Source of the DNA: Polyangiales bacterium | Lineage (GTDB): Bacteria > Myxococcota_A > Polyangia > Polyangiales > Ga0077539 | Assembly (NCBI GenBank): GCA_044229975.1 | Contig: JBGARZ010000013.1 | Coordinates: forward strand, 204,781-268,780 | DNA length: 64,000 bases | Direction: 5' to 3' | Shown here: positions 9,346-19,358 of the stretch, piece by piece | Layout: every line of letters starts with the position of its first letter | Numbering within the stretch: position 1 is the first letter of the stretch | The notes under the pieces: model-generated | Database searches by the model: none | Seen by the model: only the letters and a program-made list of their open reading frames with translations | Told to the model about the DNA's origin: nothing | Made by a program: the position numbers and the translations under genes

Positions 9346-10200
9346 TCAGAGCGGCGGGCACTCGCTCCCGAGCGCCGGGTCGGGGTTGCAGTAGATGAAC
9401 CCCGCCCCCCGCGTGACGGTCACCAGCACGATGGTGTCGGCCCGCGTCGCGGCGTCGATGCCCGCCCACGCGCGCGCCACCGCCTGCCCGGCCGCCGCGT
9501 CCACCGCGAAGACGTGCAGGATCTGCTTCACCCACCGCTGCGCCGGGAGCACCCGCACCGAGCTGCGGTTGATGCCCGCGAGCTTGCCGAGGAGCAGGTC
9601 GCGCGCGTTGGCCTCGGTGAGCACCATCGGCAGCGGCCGGTACGCGCGCGTGACGCTGACCCCCACGCGCTCTCCCCCGATGGACACCACGAGGTCGGTG
9701 ATGGAGTTGGCGCCCGCGTCGTCGGGCGGCGCATACATCACCTCGGTCTCCGTCGCGACCAGCGCGGCGTCTTCACAGCGATGCAGCACCTCGTAGCTCA
9801 TCACCTCGGACTCGGCCGAGCTGCCCCCGGCGTTGGGCGTGTCGTAGAGGCGCTGACCGCCCGGCGAGAGTGACGCTCGGTCGTAGCGCTCACCTGCCAT
9901 GAAGGAGAGCCCATCCTCGACCAGCGAGGGGGTCGGGCTGCGGAGCATGGCGCGGAGGGTTCCGCACGAGCCGGTGTGGGCGCCGAGGCCAGGGAGCGGG
10001 CCATCGCGGGTCGCGACGACGTCGGTCGGAAGGCCGACATCGATGACCGATGGAGCGTCGAGACGATTGCCCACATCCGTCGGCGTCGGGATGTCGATGG
10101 GCGCCCCGGCGTCGGCGCAGGTGCACACAGCCGGCGAATCGCTGCACCCGAAGAGGCCGAGCGCGAGCAGCACGAAGGGAACGATGAAGCGGCGCATCAC
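9346..10200 (-). CDS. Lipoprotein with a C-terminal AAC4-like domain (possible restriction-endonuclease fold)
   Basis: Lipobox LFGC; PNAGGSS.ESEVMSYE, TETEVMY, SITD, GVSVTRA. Confidence 0.6.
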   Translation of the reverse strand: MMRRFIVPFVLLALGLFGCSDSPAVCTCADAGAPIDIPTPTDVGNRLDAPSVIDVGLPTDVVATRDGPLPGLGAHTGSCGTLRAMLRSPTPSLVEDGLSFMAGERYDRASLSPGGQRLYDTPNAGGSSAESEVMSYEVLHRCEDAALVATETEVMYAPPDDAGANSITDLVVSIGGERVGVSVTRAYRPLPMVLTEANARDLLLGKLAGINRSSVRVLPAQRWVKQILHVFAVDAAAGQAVARAWAGIDAATRADTIVLVTVTRGAGFIYCNPDPALGSECPPL

Positions 10201-10318
10201 GCGCGGACCCTACCAAAACCGCGGCGCGTCATGGCAACCGCTATGGCCACCGCGGCGGAGCTGTGGCAGGAGTCGGCGGCGCCCGGCGGTGATCGTGCGC
10301 TGCGAGGAGTGCGCCCCG

Positions 10319-11494
10319 ATGACAGACAAGACCCCCGCCACCCTGGTCAAGGCGAAGCCCATCTGGCTCCAGGCGTCGCTCATCGGCTTCGCGAGCATCC
10401 ACGTCCTCGCCCTCGCCCTCCCCTTCGTGGTGGGCGTCAGCGTGAAGAGCCTCGTCCTCGCGTTTGCCCTGTACTGGCTGCGCATGTGGGGCATCACGGC
10501 GGGCTACCACCGCTACTTCGCGCACCGGGCCTACAAGACCTCGCGGTGGTTTCAGTTCGTGCTGGCGTGGGTGGGCGCGAGCTCGCTCCAGAAGGGTCCG
10601 CTCTGGTGGGCCGGGCTGCACCGCACGCACCATCGCTGGAGCGACCAGCCGCGGGACATCCACTCGCCCAGGCAGCGCGGGTTCTGGTACTCGCACGTCG
10701 GCTGGATCACCGCGCCCGACCACGACGGCACCGACCTCGCGCTCATCCCCGACTTCGCGAAGTACCCCGAGCTGCGCTGGGTCGACCGCTTTCACTGGGT
10801 TCCGTTTGCGTCGCTGGTGGCGCTGTGTGTGGCGGTCGATGGCGCGCGCGGGCTCGTGTGGGGTGGCTTCGTCAGCACCGTCTTCGGCTGGCACTGCACC
10901 TTCTTCATCAACTCCCTCGCCCACGTCTGGGGGTCGCGCCGCTACGAGACCACCGACACCTCGCGCAACAACCCCCTCCTCGCGCTCATCACGCTCGGTG
11001 AGGGCTGGCACAACAACCACCACCACTACATGAACAGCGCCAACCAGGGCTTCTTCTGGTGGGAGGTGGACGTCAGCTACTACACGCTCCGCGCGCTCGC
11101 CCTCGTCGGCGTCGTGCGCGACCTGCGCCGCCCGCCCGCCCACGTCCTGCGCGAGAAGCTCGTCGGCGCGGCCGAGGGCGCCGTCCAGAAGCTCGCCGAC
11201 GCGAAGGCCAGCGCCGAGCTCAAGCTCATCGAGGCGCGCACCGCCGTCGGCCACGCCGTCGAGAGCGCCGAGCTCAAGCTGTCTGAAGCGCGCACCTCGC
11301 TGGAGCACGCCGCGAGCGAAGCCCGCACCGCCGTCGGCACCGCCGTCGAGCAGGTGACCCAGGCCGCCGAGACGCGGCTCACCGAGGCCCGCACCGCCGT
11401 GGAGCACGCCGCCAGCGAAGCCCGCGACGCCGTCGAGAGCGCCGTCGAGAGCGCCTCGCAGGCGGTCGACGCGACGGCCCCCATCAAGAACTGA
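10319..11494 (+). CDS. Acyl-CoA (delta-9 type) fatty acid desaturase with an amphipathic repeat tail
   Basis: His boxes HRYFAH, HRTHH and HNNHH; GEGWHNNHH; start set at MTDK. Confidence 0.93.
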   Translation: MTDKTPATLVKAKPIWLQASLIGFASIHVLALALPFVVGVSVKSLVLAFALYWLRMWGITAGYHRYFAHRAYKTSRWFQFVLAWVGASSLQKGPLWWAGLHRTHHRWSDQPRDIHSPRQRGFWYSHVGWITAPDHDGTDLALIPDFAKYPELRWVDRFHWVPFASLVALCVAVDGARGLVWGGFVSTVFGWHCTFFINSLAHVWGSRRYETTDTSRNNPLLALITLGEGWHNNHHHYMNSANQGFFWWEVDVSYYTLRALALVGVVRDLRRPPAHVLREKLVGAAEGAVQKLADAKASAELKLIEARTAVGHAVESAELKLSEARTSLEHAASEARTAVGTAVEQVTQAAETRLTEARTAVEHAASEARDAVESAVESASQAVDATAPIKN

Positions 11495-11507
11495 AAGAGG
11501 CAGAGCC

Positions 11508-11915
11508 ATGGCCGTGTCGATGAGCGGAACGATGCTGGGCGCCACGCACGGCGTGGTGGTTCATGGGCCGTCGGGGACGGAGCTGCGGGTGATGGCCCCG
11601 CAGGACAACGGCGGCGACGGCAGCAGCTTCTCGCCGACGGACCTGTGCGCGGTCTCGCTGGGCGCCTGCGCCGCGATGACCATGAGCCTCTACGCGGGGC
11701 GCAACGACATCGACGCGCGCATCACCTTCGACGTCACCAAGGAGATGAACCCCTCGCCGCGGCGCATCGGCAAGCTCACGGTGCGCATCACCGTGGCGGG
11801 CCCGGTGACCGATGAGCAGTTCGAGAAGCTCAAGGCGGCCGCGCACACCTGCCCGGTGCGCCGCTCGCTGCACCCCGACGTGGTCATCGACGAGACCTTC
11901 GAGCGGGTGGGCTGA
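11508..11915 (+). CDS. OsmC family protein
   Basis: DNGGDGSSFSPTDL..SLGAC and CPVRRSL two-Cys pattern. Confidence 0.9.
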   Translation: MAVSMSGTMLGATHGVVVHGPSGTELRVMAPQDNGGDGSSFSPTDLCAVSLGACAAMTMSLYAGRNDIDARITFDVTKEMNPSPRRIGKLTVRITVAGPVTDEQFEKLKAAAHTCPVRRSLHPDVVIDETFERVG

Positions 11916-11916
11916 G

Positions 11917-13317
11917 CTACTCCGGCTCGTTGTCGGTGCTGCGCAGCCCGTAGCGCTTGCACAGCTCGCGCAGGTGGTAGCGCGTGAGCCCCGCCGCCGC
12001 CGCGCTGCGGGTGATGTTGTCGCCGTGGCGCTTGAGCATCGCGGCCAGGTACTGCGGCTCGAAGCCCTCCAGCAGCCGCGTCTTGGCGTCCTTGAAGGGC
12101 ATCGCCAGCAGCTCGTCGGACAGCGCGCCAGCGCCCGGGTCCGACGCCCGCGCGGGTACTGCGAGCAGCCGCGACGCGCTCGCCGGGAGCATGTCGTCGG
12201 CGGTGATCTCCGCGCCGTCGGCCAGCGAGGCCGCGCGCTCGATGACGTTGCGGAGCTCGCGCACGTTGCCCGGGAAGGGTAAGCCCGAGAGGCGATCGAG
12301 GGCGTTGTCCGAGAAGCTCCGCGCGCCCAGGTCGGGGTTGCGCTGGCAGAACCCCTCCAACAGATGACGCGCGAGCAACGGGATGTCCTCGCGCCGCGAC
12401 CGCAGCGGCGGCAGCTCGATGGTTAGCACACCGAGGCGATAGAAGAGGTCTTCGCGAAACGTCCCCGCGGCGGCCATCGCGCGCAGGTCGCGGTGCGTCG
12501 CGGCGATGACCCGCACGTCCACCGGGATCACCTGCGTCCCACCAAGACGGCGCACCTCGCGGCCTTCGAGCACCCGCAAGAGCTTCGGTTGCAGCCCCTG
12601 CTCCAGCTCACCCACCTCGTCGAGAAACACCGTGCCCTTGTGGGCCTGCTCGAAGCACCCCGGGCGGCGCTCGTTGGCGCCCGTAAACGCCCCGCGCTCG
12701 TGGCCGAAGAGGATGCTCTCGGTGAGGTCCTTCGGGAGCGACGAGCAGTCCTGCACCACCATCGGGCCCGACGCGCGCTTGGACACCCGATGGATGGCGC
12801 GCGCGACGAGCTCCTTGCCCGTCCCCGTCTCGCCCGTCACCAGCACCGTGACGTCGAGCGGCGCGATCTTGTCGAGCTCGGCGAACACCTGCCGCATCGC
12901 CACCGAGCGCCCCACCAGCTCCTGCCAGCGGTCGCCCTCCAGCAGCGGAATCTCGATGGCCCCGTCGCCGGGGTCGATCTGCAACAGCGTCGCGCCCACG
13001 CGGAAGCGCGCGCCGAGCGGCAGCACCACCTCGCGCACCTTGATGTCGCCGAGGAAGGTTCCGTTGGTGCTGCCGCCATCGCGCAGCACCCAGCCCTCCT
13101 CGACGGCCTCGATCTCGGCGTGCGTGCCCGACACCGATCGGTCGTTGAGGCACACCTCGCACACGGCGCTGCGACCCACCACGCAGCGCGCCTTGTCCAT
13201 CGCCCAGCTCTTGCCGCGGTCGGGCCCGTCGATGGCCGTCAGCCGCGCCTTGCGCAGCCGCCGCGCCGTCGCCCGACCCGCGATGAACAACGTCTCCAGC
13301 GGCGCAGCGTCGCTCAC
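11917..13317 (-). CDS. FHA-domain sigma54-dependent transcriptional activator
   Basis: FHA (VGR..VSGTHA..STNGT), [28 protein letters not shown]-terminal Fis-type HTH. Confidence 0.95.
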   Translation of the reverse strand: MSDAAPLETLFIAGRATARRLRKARLTAIDGPDRGKSWAMDKARCVVGRSAVCEVCLNDRSVSGTHAEIEAVEEGWVLRDGGSTNGTFLGDIKVREVVLPLGARFRVGATLLQIDPGDGAIEIPLLEGDRWQELVGRSVAMRQVFAELDKIAPLDVTVLVTGETGTGKELVARAIHRVSKRASGPMVVQDCSSLPKDLTESILFGHERGAFTGANERRPGCFEQAHKGTVFLDEVGELEQGLQPKLLRVLEGREVRRLGGTQVIPVDVRVIAATHRDLRAMAAAGTFREDLFYRLGVLTIELPPLRSRREDIPLLARHLLEGFCQRNPDLGARSFSDNALDRLSGLPFPGNVRELRNVIERAASLADGAEITADDMLPASASRLLAVPARASDPGAGALSDELLAMPFKDAKTRLLEGFEPQYLAAMLKRHGDNITRSAAAAGLTRYHLRELCKRYGLRSTDNEPE

Positions 13318-13321
13318 GGCC

Positions 13322-13984
13322 TTACGCCTCCACCCGCAGCGCCTTGATGGCCGCCGCATAGTCCTTGTGGCCGAACACCGCCGAGCCCGCGACGAAGACA
13401 TCGGCCCCCGCCGCGCGCACCGCCGGCGCCGTCTCGGCCGTGATGCCGCCGTCCACCTGGAGGTCGATGTCACGCCCGGTCGCGTCGATCATCGCGCGCA
13501 GCGCCCTCACCTTCGGCAGCACCGCGGGAATGAACGACTGCCCGCCAAACCCCGGGTTGACGCTCATCACGAGGATGAGGTCACAGCAGTGCATGACGTA
13601 CTTGAGCGTGTCCTCGGACGTGGACGGGTTGAGCACGGCGCCCGCGCGACAGCCGAGCGCGCGAATCGCCTGGAGGGTGCGTTCGAGGTGGGGCGACGCC
13701 TCGACGTGCACGGCGATGCCGTCGGCGCCCGCCTTCGCGAAGTCGGCGATGTAGCGCTCGGGCTCGACGATCATCAGGTGGCAGTCGACGAAGCGCTTCG
13801 TCACCTTGCGCACGGCGCCCGCCACCAGCGGGCCGATGGTGAGGTTGGGCACGAAGCGCCCGTCCATCACGTCGACGTGTATCCAGTCCGCGCCCGCGGC
13901 GTCGATGGCGCGGACCTCGTCGCCGAGGCGCGAGAAGTCCGCCGAAAGAATGGACGGCGCGATGCGGAGATCTTTGCGGCTCAC
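13322..13984 (-). CDS. rpe: Ribulose-phosphate 3-epimerase
   Basis: IAPSILSADF, HVDVMDGRFVPNLT, MSVNPGFGGQ, VDGGI, VAGSA. Confidence 0.97.
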   Translation of the reverse strand: MSRKDLRIAPSILSADFSRLGDEVRAIDAAGADWIHVDVMDGRFVPNLTIGPLVAGAVRKVTKRFVDCHLMIVEPERYIADFAKAGADGIAVHVEASPHLERTLQAIRALGCRAGAVLNPSTSEDTLKYVMHCCDLILVMSVNPGFGGQSFIPAVLPKVRALRAMIDATGRDIDLQVDGGITAETAPAVRAAGADVFVAGSAVFGHKDYAAAIKALRVEA

Positions 13985-14109
13985 GCGGGCAGCGACACCA
14001 CAGCGCCGCGGAGGTGTCAACGACGGCAATGAATGGTACTGCACCCGACGTTCGCTGCGCACGTCGCTGAACCAAGAACTTTTACCCTGCAACGCACGAC
14101 CTGATCACG

Positions 14110-15228
14110 ATGCGCGTCCTGCATGTCATCAACTCCATGCGCCGTTCGGGCGCCGAGCGTCACCTCGCCAACATCCTCGAACCGCTGGCCGCTCTCGGGG
14201 TCGAAAACCACCTGGTCACGCTGGTCTCCGGCAACGCCTTCGAGCCGCAGGTGACGCCCTGGACGAGCCGCAGCGAGTTCGCCGTCGAAGACCGGCTCGG
14301 GCCCCTCACCATCCCGCACCTCGCCTCTCTCGCCCGTGAGGTCGACCTCGTGCACACGCAGCTCACCCGCTCGGATGTCTTCGGTCGCGCCGCGGCGGCC
14401 CTCGCCGGTCGCCCCTCGGTCACGACGCTCCAGGTCGCCCGCTACACCCCGCTCGAAGCTGACGCCCTGCCCCTCCCGCGGCGCCTGCGCACCTCCCTGG
14501 AGAAGGTCATCGAGCGCGCCACCATGCGCCCGTCGTGTCGCTTCATTGCGGTCTCCAACGCCGCGCGCGACGCCTACGTGCGCCACGTCCACTTCGACCC
14601 GAACCTCATCGAGGTCATCCCCAACTCGGTCGATCTCCGCGCCTTCGACCCGAGCGTGCGCGACGACCGCGACGCGCTCCGCGCGAAGTTCGGCTTCGAC
14701 CCGAACACCTTCTGCGTCGTGATGGTCGCGCGCTTCGAGTCACAGAAGGCCCACGAGGTCGCCATCCGCGCCGTCACCGCGGCGGCCCGCGAGGCGCCGG
14801 TGCACCTCTACTTCGCCGGCCACGGGTCGACCGAAGCCTCGATGCGCGCGCTCGCCGCGTCGATCTCGGCCCCGGTCACCTTCCTCGGTCTCTGCGAGGA
14901 CGTGGTCTCCCTCCTCGGCGCCGCCGACCTCTTCCTCCTGCCATCGCGCTTCGAGGGCATGCCGCTCGCGCTCATCGAGGCCCTCGCCGCGGGCACCCCG
15001 AGCCTCTGCTCGGACATCCCCGAAAACCTCGAGACCGCCGGCCCCGCGGCCGAGTACTTCCCCGTCGACGACGAAGCGGCCCTCACCCGCAGCTTCCTCC
15101 AGCTCCGCGCCAACGACGACCACCGGCGCGACCTCGGCGAGCGCGGCCGCGTCCGGGTCGCCGACTACGACGCGCGCCGGGTGGCGGCCCGCGTCGCGCG
15201 GGTGTTTACAGAAGCCCTCCGCTCCTGA
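14110..15228 (+). CDS. Glycosyltransferase family 4 (GT-B)
   Basis: RVLHVI..SGAE, VIPNSVD, PSRFEGMPLALIEA. Confidence 0.92.
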   Translation: MRVLHVINSMRRSGAERHLANILEPLAALGVENHLVTLVSGNAFEPQVTPWTSRSEFAVEDRLGPLTIPHLASLAREVDLVHTQLTRSDVFGRAAAALAGRPSVTTLQVARYTPLEADALPLPRRLRTSLEKVIERATMRPSCRFIAVSNAARDAYVRHVHFDPNLIEVIPNSVDLRAFDPSVRDDRDALRAKFGFDPNTFCVVMVARFESQKAHEVAIRAVTAAAREAPVHLYFAGHGSTEASMRALAASISAPVTFLGLCEDVVSLLGAADLFLLPSRFEGMPLALIEALAAGTPSLCSDIPENLETAGPAAEYFPVDDEAALTRSFLQLRANDDHRRDLGERGRVRVADYDARRVAARVARVFTEALRS

Positions 15229-16177
15229 GCCGACGCATCAGCTCGCCCCCGTTGGCCTGCACGTAGGCGAGCACCTCGGGACCCACGAGCCCGGCGCCCA
15301 CGACGACCCAGAGCCGCTTCATGCGCCACGTCGAGCGCGGGGCGCTGCGAACGAGCCTCAGCGCCGCGGCGCGCTGCCCGGCCAGGAGCCGATGCATCAC
15401 CGCCGTCTGGATGAAGCGGTTGTGGAGCGCAGGCGAGACGCGCGCCATCACCTCGCCGTGGCGTTGCAGCGTGCGCTCGAAGTCATCGGCGCTGTCGCGG
15501 GCGTCGCGCAGGAGCCTCCGCGCCGTGGCGGCGGGCGGCGACGCGGTGATGCGGTTGTTGGCGTCGGTGTGGATGAGCACGAAGCGCTGCCGGGTCAGCG
15601 AGAAGCGGTGGGTGCGCGCCATCTCGAGGTGAAAGCCGCCCTCGTAGGCGCGGCCCTCGGGGTACCGCAGCGTCTCGAACACCGACCGCCGGATGCAGTT
15701 GAACGACTCCGGGATGCGCAGCGCGCCCCAGTACCGGACGTAGCCCTCGTAGTCGTAGACCGCGTCCTCCGACGGGGGGGGAATGGGCGTGTCCGGGCCG
15801 TTGTCCCAGGTGCACATGGAGGCGACGTTGCCGACGTCGGGCGCTGCCTCCGCGCAGAGCTTCGCGAGTCCCGACAGCGCGCCGTCGAGCAGCTCGAAGT
15901 CGCTGTCGAGCATGATGCACCACGCGCCGCGCGCCGCGTCGATGGCGGTGTTGCGGGCCGCGCACACCCCGCGGTTGACCGGGTGCCGCAGCAGCGTGAC
16001 GCGCGGGTCGTTGTAGGAGGCGACCCGCTCGCTGGTGTGGTCGCTGGAGGCGTCGTCGACGATGATGACTTCGAAGCTGGGGTAGTCCTGCCGGAGACAG
16101 CTCTCCAGCGCCCGACCGATCATCCCGGCGCGGTTGTAGACCGGGATGATGATCGAGAAGGTCGGCGCCTCACCCAA
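15206..16177 (-). CDS. Glycosyltransferase family 2
   Basis: SIIIPVYN, VDDASSD, NRGVCAARN, LDSD. Confidence 0.92.
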   Translation of the reverse strand: MGEAPTFSIIIPVYNRAGMIGRALESCLRQDYPSFEVIIVDDASSDHTSERVASYNDPRVTLLRHPVNRGVCAARNTAIDAARGAWCIMLDSDFELLDGALSGLAKLCAEAAPDVGNVASMCTWDNGPDTPIPPPSEDAVYDYEGYVRYWGALRIPESFNCIRRSVFETLRYPEGRAYEGGFHLEMARTHRFSLTRQRFVLIHTDANNRITASPPAATARRLLRDARDSADDFERTLQRHGEVMARVSPALHNRFIQTAVMHRLLAGQRAAALRLVRSAPRSTWRMKRLWVVVGAGLVGPEVLAYVQANGGELMRRLRSGGLL

Positions 16178-17090
16178 GGCGCTCGCCCTTCGTGGCGGCG
16201 AGGTGCTCGCGGAAGAGCCGCGTCAGGTCGAGCATGCCGTCTTCGATGGACATTGTCGAACGCCACCCGAGGAGCTTCTCGGCCCGCGTGGTGTCGCCGT
16301 AGAAGCGCGCCACGTCGTAGCTGCGCGAGGGGCCCTGCACGACCTTGCCGCCGTTGTTCGCACAACGGAGCGCGAGCGCGGCGAGCTGACCGAGGGTGGT
16401 CCCGCGGCCCGTGAGGAAGTGGATCGGCGGCAGCGCGCGCTCGCCCCCGATCAGCGCCTGGGCGGTGGCCACGAGGCCGCGCACGGTGTCGCCGACGTGG
16501 GTGAAGTCGAAGGTGTGCTCCTCGCCGTCGACCCGGAGGTCTTGACCCTCCACCGCGCCGCGCGCGAAGGCCGGGATGACCCGGTCGACGTGGTCGTGGA
16601 CGCTGCCGTAGACGTTGGACAGGCGCACCACCGCCGTCGCGATGCCCGCGTCGCGAGCCGCCAGCGTGTGCTGCTCGCCCATCAGCTTCGAGCGGCCGTA
16701 CACGTTGATCGGAACCACCGGGTCGTCTTCCTTCACGGGCAGCCCGTGGGGCTCGCCGTAGACCTCGCGGCTGCTCGACAGGATCACCCAGGGCTTGCGC
16801 TTGGACTCGACGGCGCACTTCAGCACGTTGTCGACGCCGCCGACGTTGACCTGCATGCAGCGCTCGGGGTCACGCTCGCCCCAGACGACGCGCGAGACCG
16901 CGGCCAGGTGCACGATGCCGTCGACGTTGGCCACCACCTCGCGCACCCGATCGAGGTCGAGGACGTCGATGCGCTCGGAGGGGCTCTCGGCCCGGACGTC
17001 GATCTTCGAGACGACGTGACCGAGCGCAGTGAACGCAGCAGCGAGAGGGACGCCGATGAGCCCCGACGAACCCGTGATGAGGATGTTCAT
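16170..17090 (-). CDS. NAD-dependent epimerase/dehydratase
   Basis: ITGSSGLIG, HLAA, SSREVYG, YGRSK, RLSNVYG. Confidence 0.93.
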   Translation of the reverse strand: MNILITGSSGLIGVPLAAAFTALGHVVSKIDVRAESPSERIDVLDLDRVREVVANVDGIVHLAAVSRVVWGERDPERCMQVNVGGVDNVLKCAVESKRKPWVILSSSREVYGEPHGLPVKEDDPVVPINVYGRSKLMGEQHTLAARDAGIATAVVRLSNVYGSVHDHVDRVIPAFARGAVEGQDLRVDGEEHTFDFTHVGDTVRGLVATAQALIGGERALPPIHFLTGRGTTLGQLAALALRCANNGGKVVQGPSRSYDVARFYGDTTRAEKLLGWRSTMSIEDGMLDLTRLFREHLAATKGERLG

Positions 17091-17371
17091 GATCTGGCCT
17101 TCGATCTAGAGGATGCCTTCGTTCGGTGGAGAGGCGCTCTCTCCACCCACCAGCGATGCCCGCGACTCACGTCCGCTGCCCCGCCAAGGGGCACCAGTGT
17201 CGCCAGGCACGACGTGCGTTCAAGAACTACTTTCGAATCGCGGATTTTCTCCCCGAAATCACCGTCGCCACCCCCGTCATGGACCGCGGTGATCATGGGG
17301 CCGCGCGCGTAGGTTCCATTTTCGCGGCACATGGGGTTGCAGCTCCGCAGCGAGACCACCGTCGCTCGTCG

Positions 17372-19285
17372 TCAGCGCTCGCCGCCGCTCTTGCGCCAGG
17401 TGCTGCGCGGCGGCGGACGGCGGGGTGCCTGTTCGTCCATCGGCATGGCGCGCAGCGTCGGGTCGAGGCGGTCGGGCATCGAGGTACGCGCCTGGAAGGT
17501 GCCGGCCGCGCGGCCGAGAATCTCCACGCGGGTCTCGCGGTCCATCACGCGGATGACCCCGATGTCCTCCTTCTGGAGGCCGCCCCAGCGGCAGAGCACC
17601 GGGATGAGCCACCGCGGGTCGGCCCGCTTCTCCCGCCCCACGTTGAGCACGAACCACGTCCCCGCGCCGCCCTGCCGCTCGTCCGGGCGCGCCGGGTAGC
17701 GCTCCTCCGGCCTCGGCACGAAGCGCTCCTCCTGCCGCGGAGCGAACTCCTGCCGCGGAGCGAACTCCTGCCGCGGGGCGAACTCCTGCCGCGGGGCGAA
17801 GCGCTCCTCGGTCCTCGGGGGGAAGCGCGGATCGACCCTCGGCCCGCGCGGGTCACCGCGGAACTCGTTGCGCTCGTAGCGCGGCCCGCCGACGGGCATC
17901 GGCCGCTCGTACCGCTGCTGCGGCGGACCGTTGACCTGCGCGAGCAGCTTGTGCGCGAAGGACACCGTCATCGGCAGCTCTTCGGGCTCCGGAAACTCTC
18001 CCCGCGTCATCGTCACCAGCGCCGCGACGAGCTCCTCCGCGGGGCGCTTGTCGAGCAGCCGACGGGCCACCGCGCGATCTTCCTCCGACGGCGTCACCCC
18101 CGTCGCTTCGAGCTTCGCCACGAGCCGGTCGTCGTCGAAGCCGCGGATGGCCTCCGCCGTCGGGCACGGCTCCCACGACGCCGTCTGCACGTTGGACGTC
18201 CGCAGCATGCGCGCGACCACCTGCCGGCGGTCGGGCGACACCAGCAGCACCGCCGTGCCCTTGCGGCCCGCGCGGCCCGTGCGCCCGCTGCGGTGCTGCA
18301 AGGTCATCGCGTCGCGCGGCGGGTCGGCGTGGATCACCAGCGAGACGTCCGGCAGGTCGAGACCGCGCGCCGCCACGTCCGTCGCCACGAGCACCTTCGC
18401 GTGCCCGTCGCGCAGCATCTGTAGCGCGCGCGCCCGCTCGGGCTGCGTCAGCTCGCCGCTCAGGCCCACGCAGCGGAAGCCCCGCTCGCGCAGCGTCGAC
18501 TGCATCCGCGAGACCTCCTCGCGCGTCGCGCAGAACACGATCGCCCCCGGCGCGTCGTGGGCCCGCAGCACGTTGACCACCGCGTGCTCGCGTTCGCGAA
18601 ACGCCACGATGTGCACCACGTACTTGATGTCCCGGTGCTGCTCCTGCGCCGGGGTCGCCGCCACGCGCGCCGCGTCGGGCAGCCACTTGCCCGCGAGCGA
18701 CACCACCTCGCGCGGCAGCGTCGCCGAGAACCACAGCGACCGGTGCCCCTTCGGCGCCACGGCCAGCACCCGGTCGAGCTCGTCGCGGAAGCCCATGTCG
18801 AGCATCTCGTCGGCCTCGTCGAGCACCAGCGCCTGCATGTCGTCGAGCTTCAGCGTCCCGCGCTCGATGTGATCGCAGACGCGCCCGGGCGTCCCCACCA
18901 CCAGGTGGACCCCGTCGGCCAGCGCCCGGAGCTGCTGCGCCAGCGGCGCCCCGCCCACGCACGCCACGCTCCGCATGCCCGTCGAGCCATAGAGCCACGA
19001 CAGCTCCTGCTGCACCTGGAGCGCGAGCTCGCGCGTGGGCGCCAGCACCAGCGCCTTCGGGGTCGTCGCCCGCGGAAACGAGGTGGCCTCGCCGAGCAGC
19101 GTGTGGGCGAGCGCGAGCCCGAAGGCCACGGTCTTTCCGGAGCCGGTCTCGGCCGACACGAGGAGGTCGCGACCGAGCAGCGTGGGGTCGAGCACCGACG
19201 CCTGCACGGGGGTCGGGGTGACGAACTGCTTCGCCTCCAGGGCCTGGAGCAACGTCGGGTGCGCACCGAGATCAGCGAAGGACAT
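17372..19285 (-). CDS. deaD: DEAD-box RNA helicase (DeaD/CsdA-like with a DbpA-type RNA-binding domain)
   Basis: AETGSGKT, PTRELA, TPGR, DEAD, SAT, ARGLD, HRSGRTGRAG; start set at MSFADLG. Confidence 0.9.
   Translation of the reverse strand: MSFADLGAHPTLLQALEAKQFVTPTPVQASVLDPTLLGRDLLVSAETGSGKTVAFGLALAHTLLGEATSFPRATTPKALVLAPTRELALQVQQELSWLYGSTGMRSVACVGGAPLAQQLRALADGVHLVVGTPGRVCDHIERGTLKLDDMQALVLDEADEMLDMGFRDELDRVLAVAPKGHRSLWFSATLPREVVSLAGKWLPDAARVAATPAQEQHRDIKYVVHIVAFREREHAVVNVLRAHDAPGAIVFCATREEVSRMQSTLRERGFRCVGLSGELTQPERARALQMLRDGHAKVLVATDVAARGLDLPDVSLVIHADPPRDAMTLQHRSGRTGRAGRKGTAVLLVSPDRRQVVARMLRTSNVQTASWEPCPTAEAIRGFDDDRLVAKLEATGVTPSEEDRAVARRLLDKRPAEELVAALVTMTRGEFPEPEELPMTVSFAHKLLAQVNGPPQQRYERPMPVGGPRYERNEFRGDPRGPRVDPRFPPRTEERFAPRQEFAPRQEFAPRQEFAPRQEERFVPRPEERYPARPDERQGGAGTWFVLNVGREKRADPRWLIPVLCRWGGLQKEDIGVIRVMDRETRVEILGRAAGTFQARTSMPDRLDPTLRAMPMDEQAPRRPPPRSTWRKSGGER
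17728..17800. repeat. 18-bp in-frame tandem repeat encoding QEFAPR units in the helicase C-terminal linker
   Basis: GCGAACTCCTGCCGCGG(A/G) repeated; protein reads RFAPRQEFAPRQEFAPRQEFAPRQE. Confidence 0.9.
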
Positions 19286-19358
19286 GGGCGCGCCGCTACC
19301 AGATTCAGCGGCGGAGCGCCATCGCAGCCCGCACGAATGATCCCGCCGGGTCCGCGGG

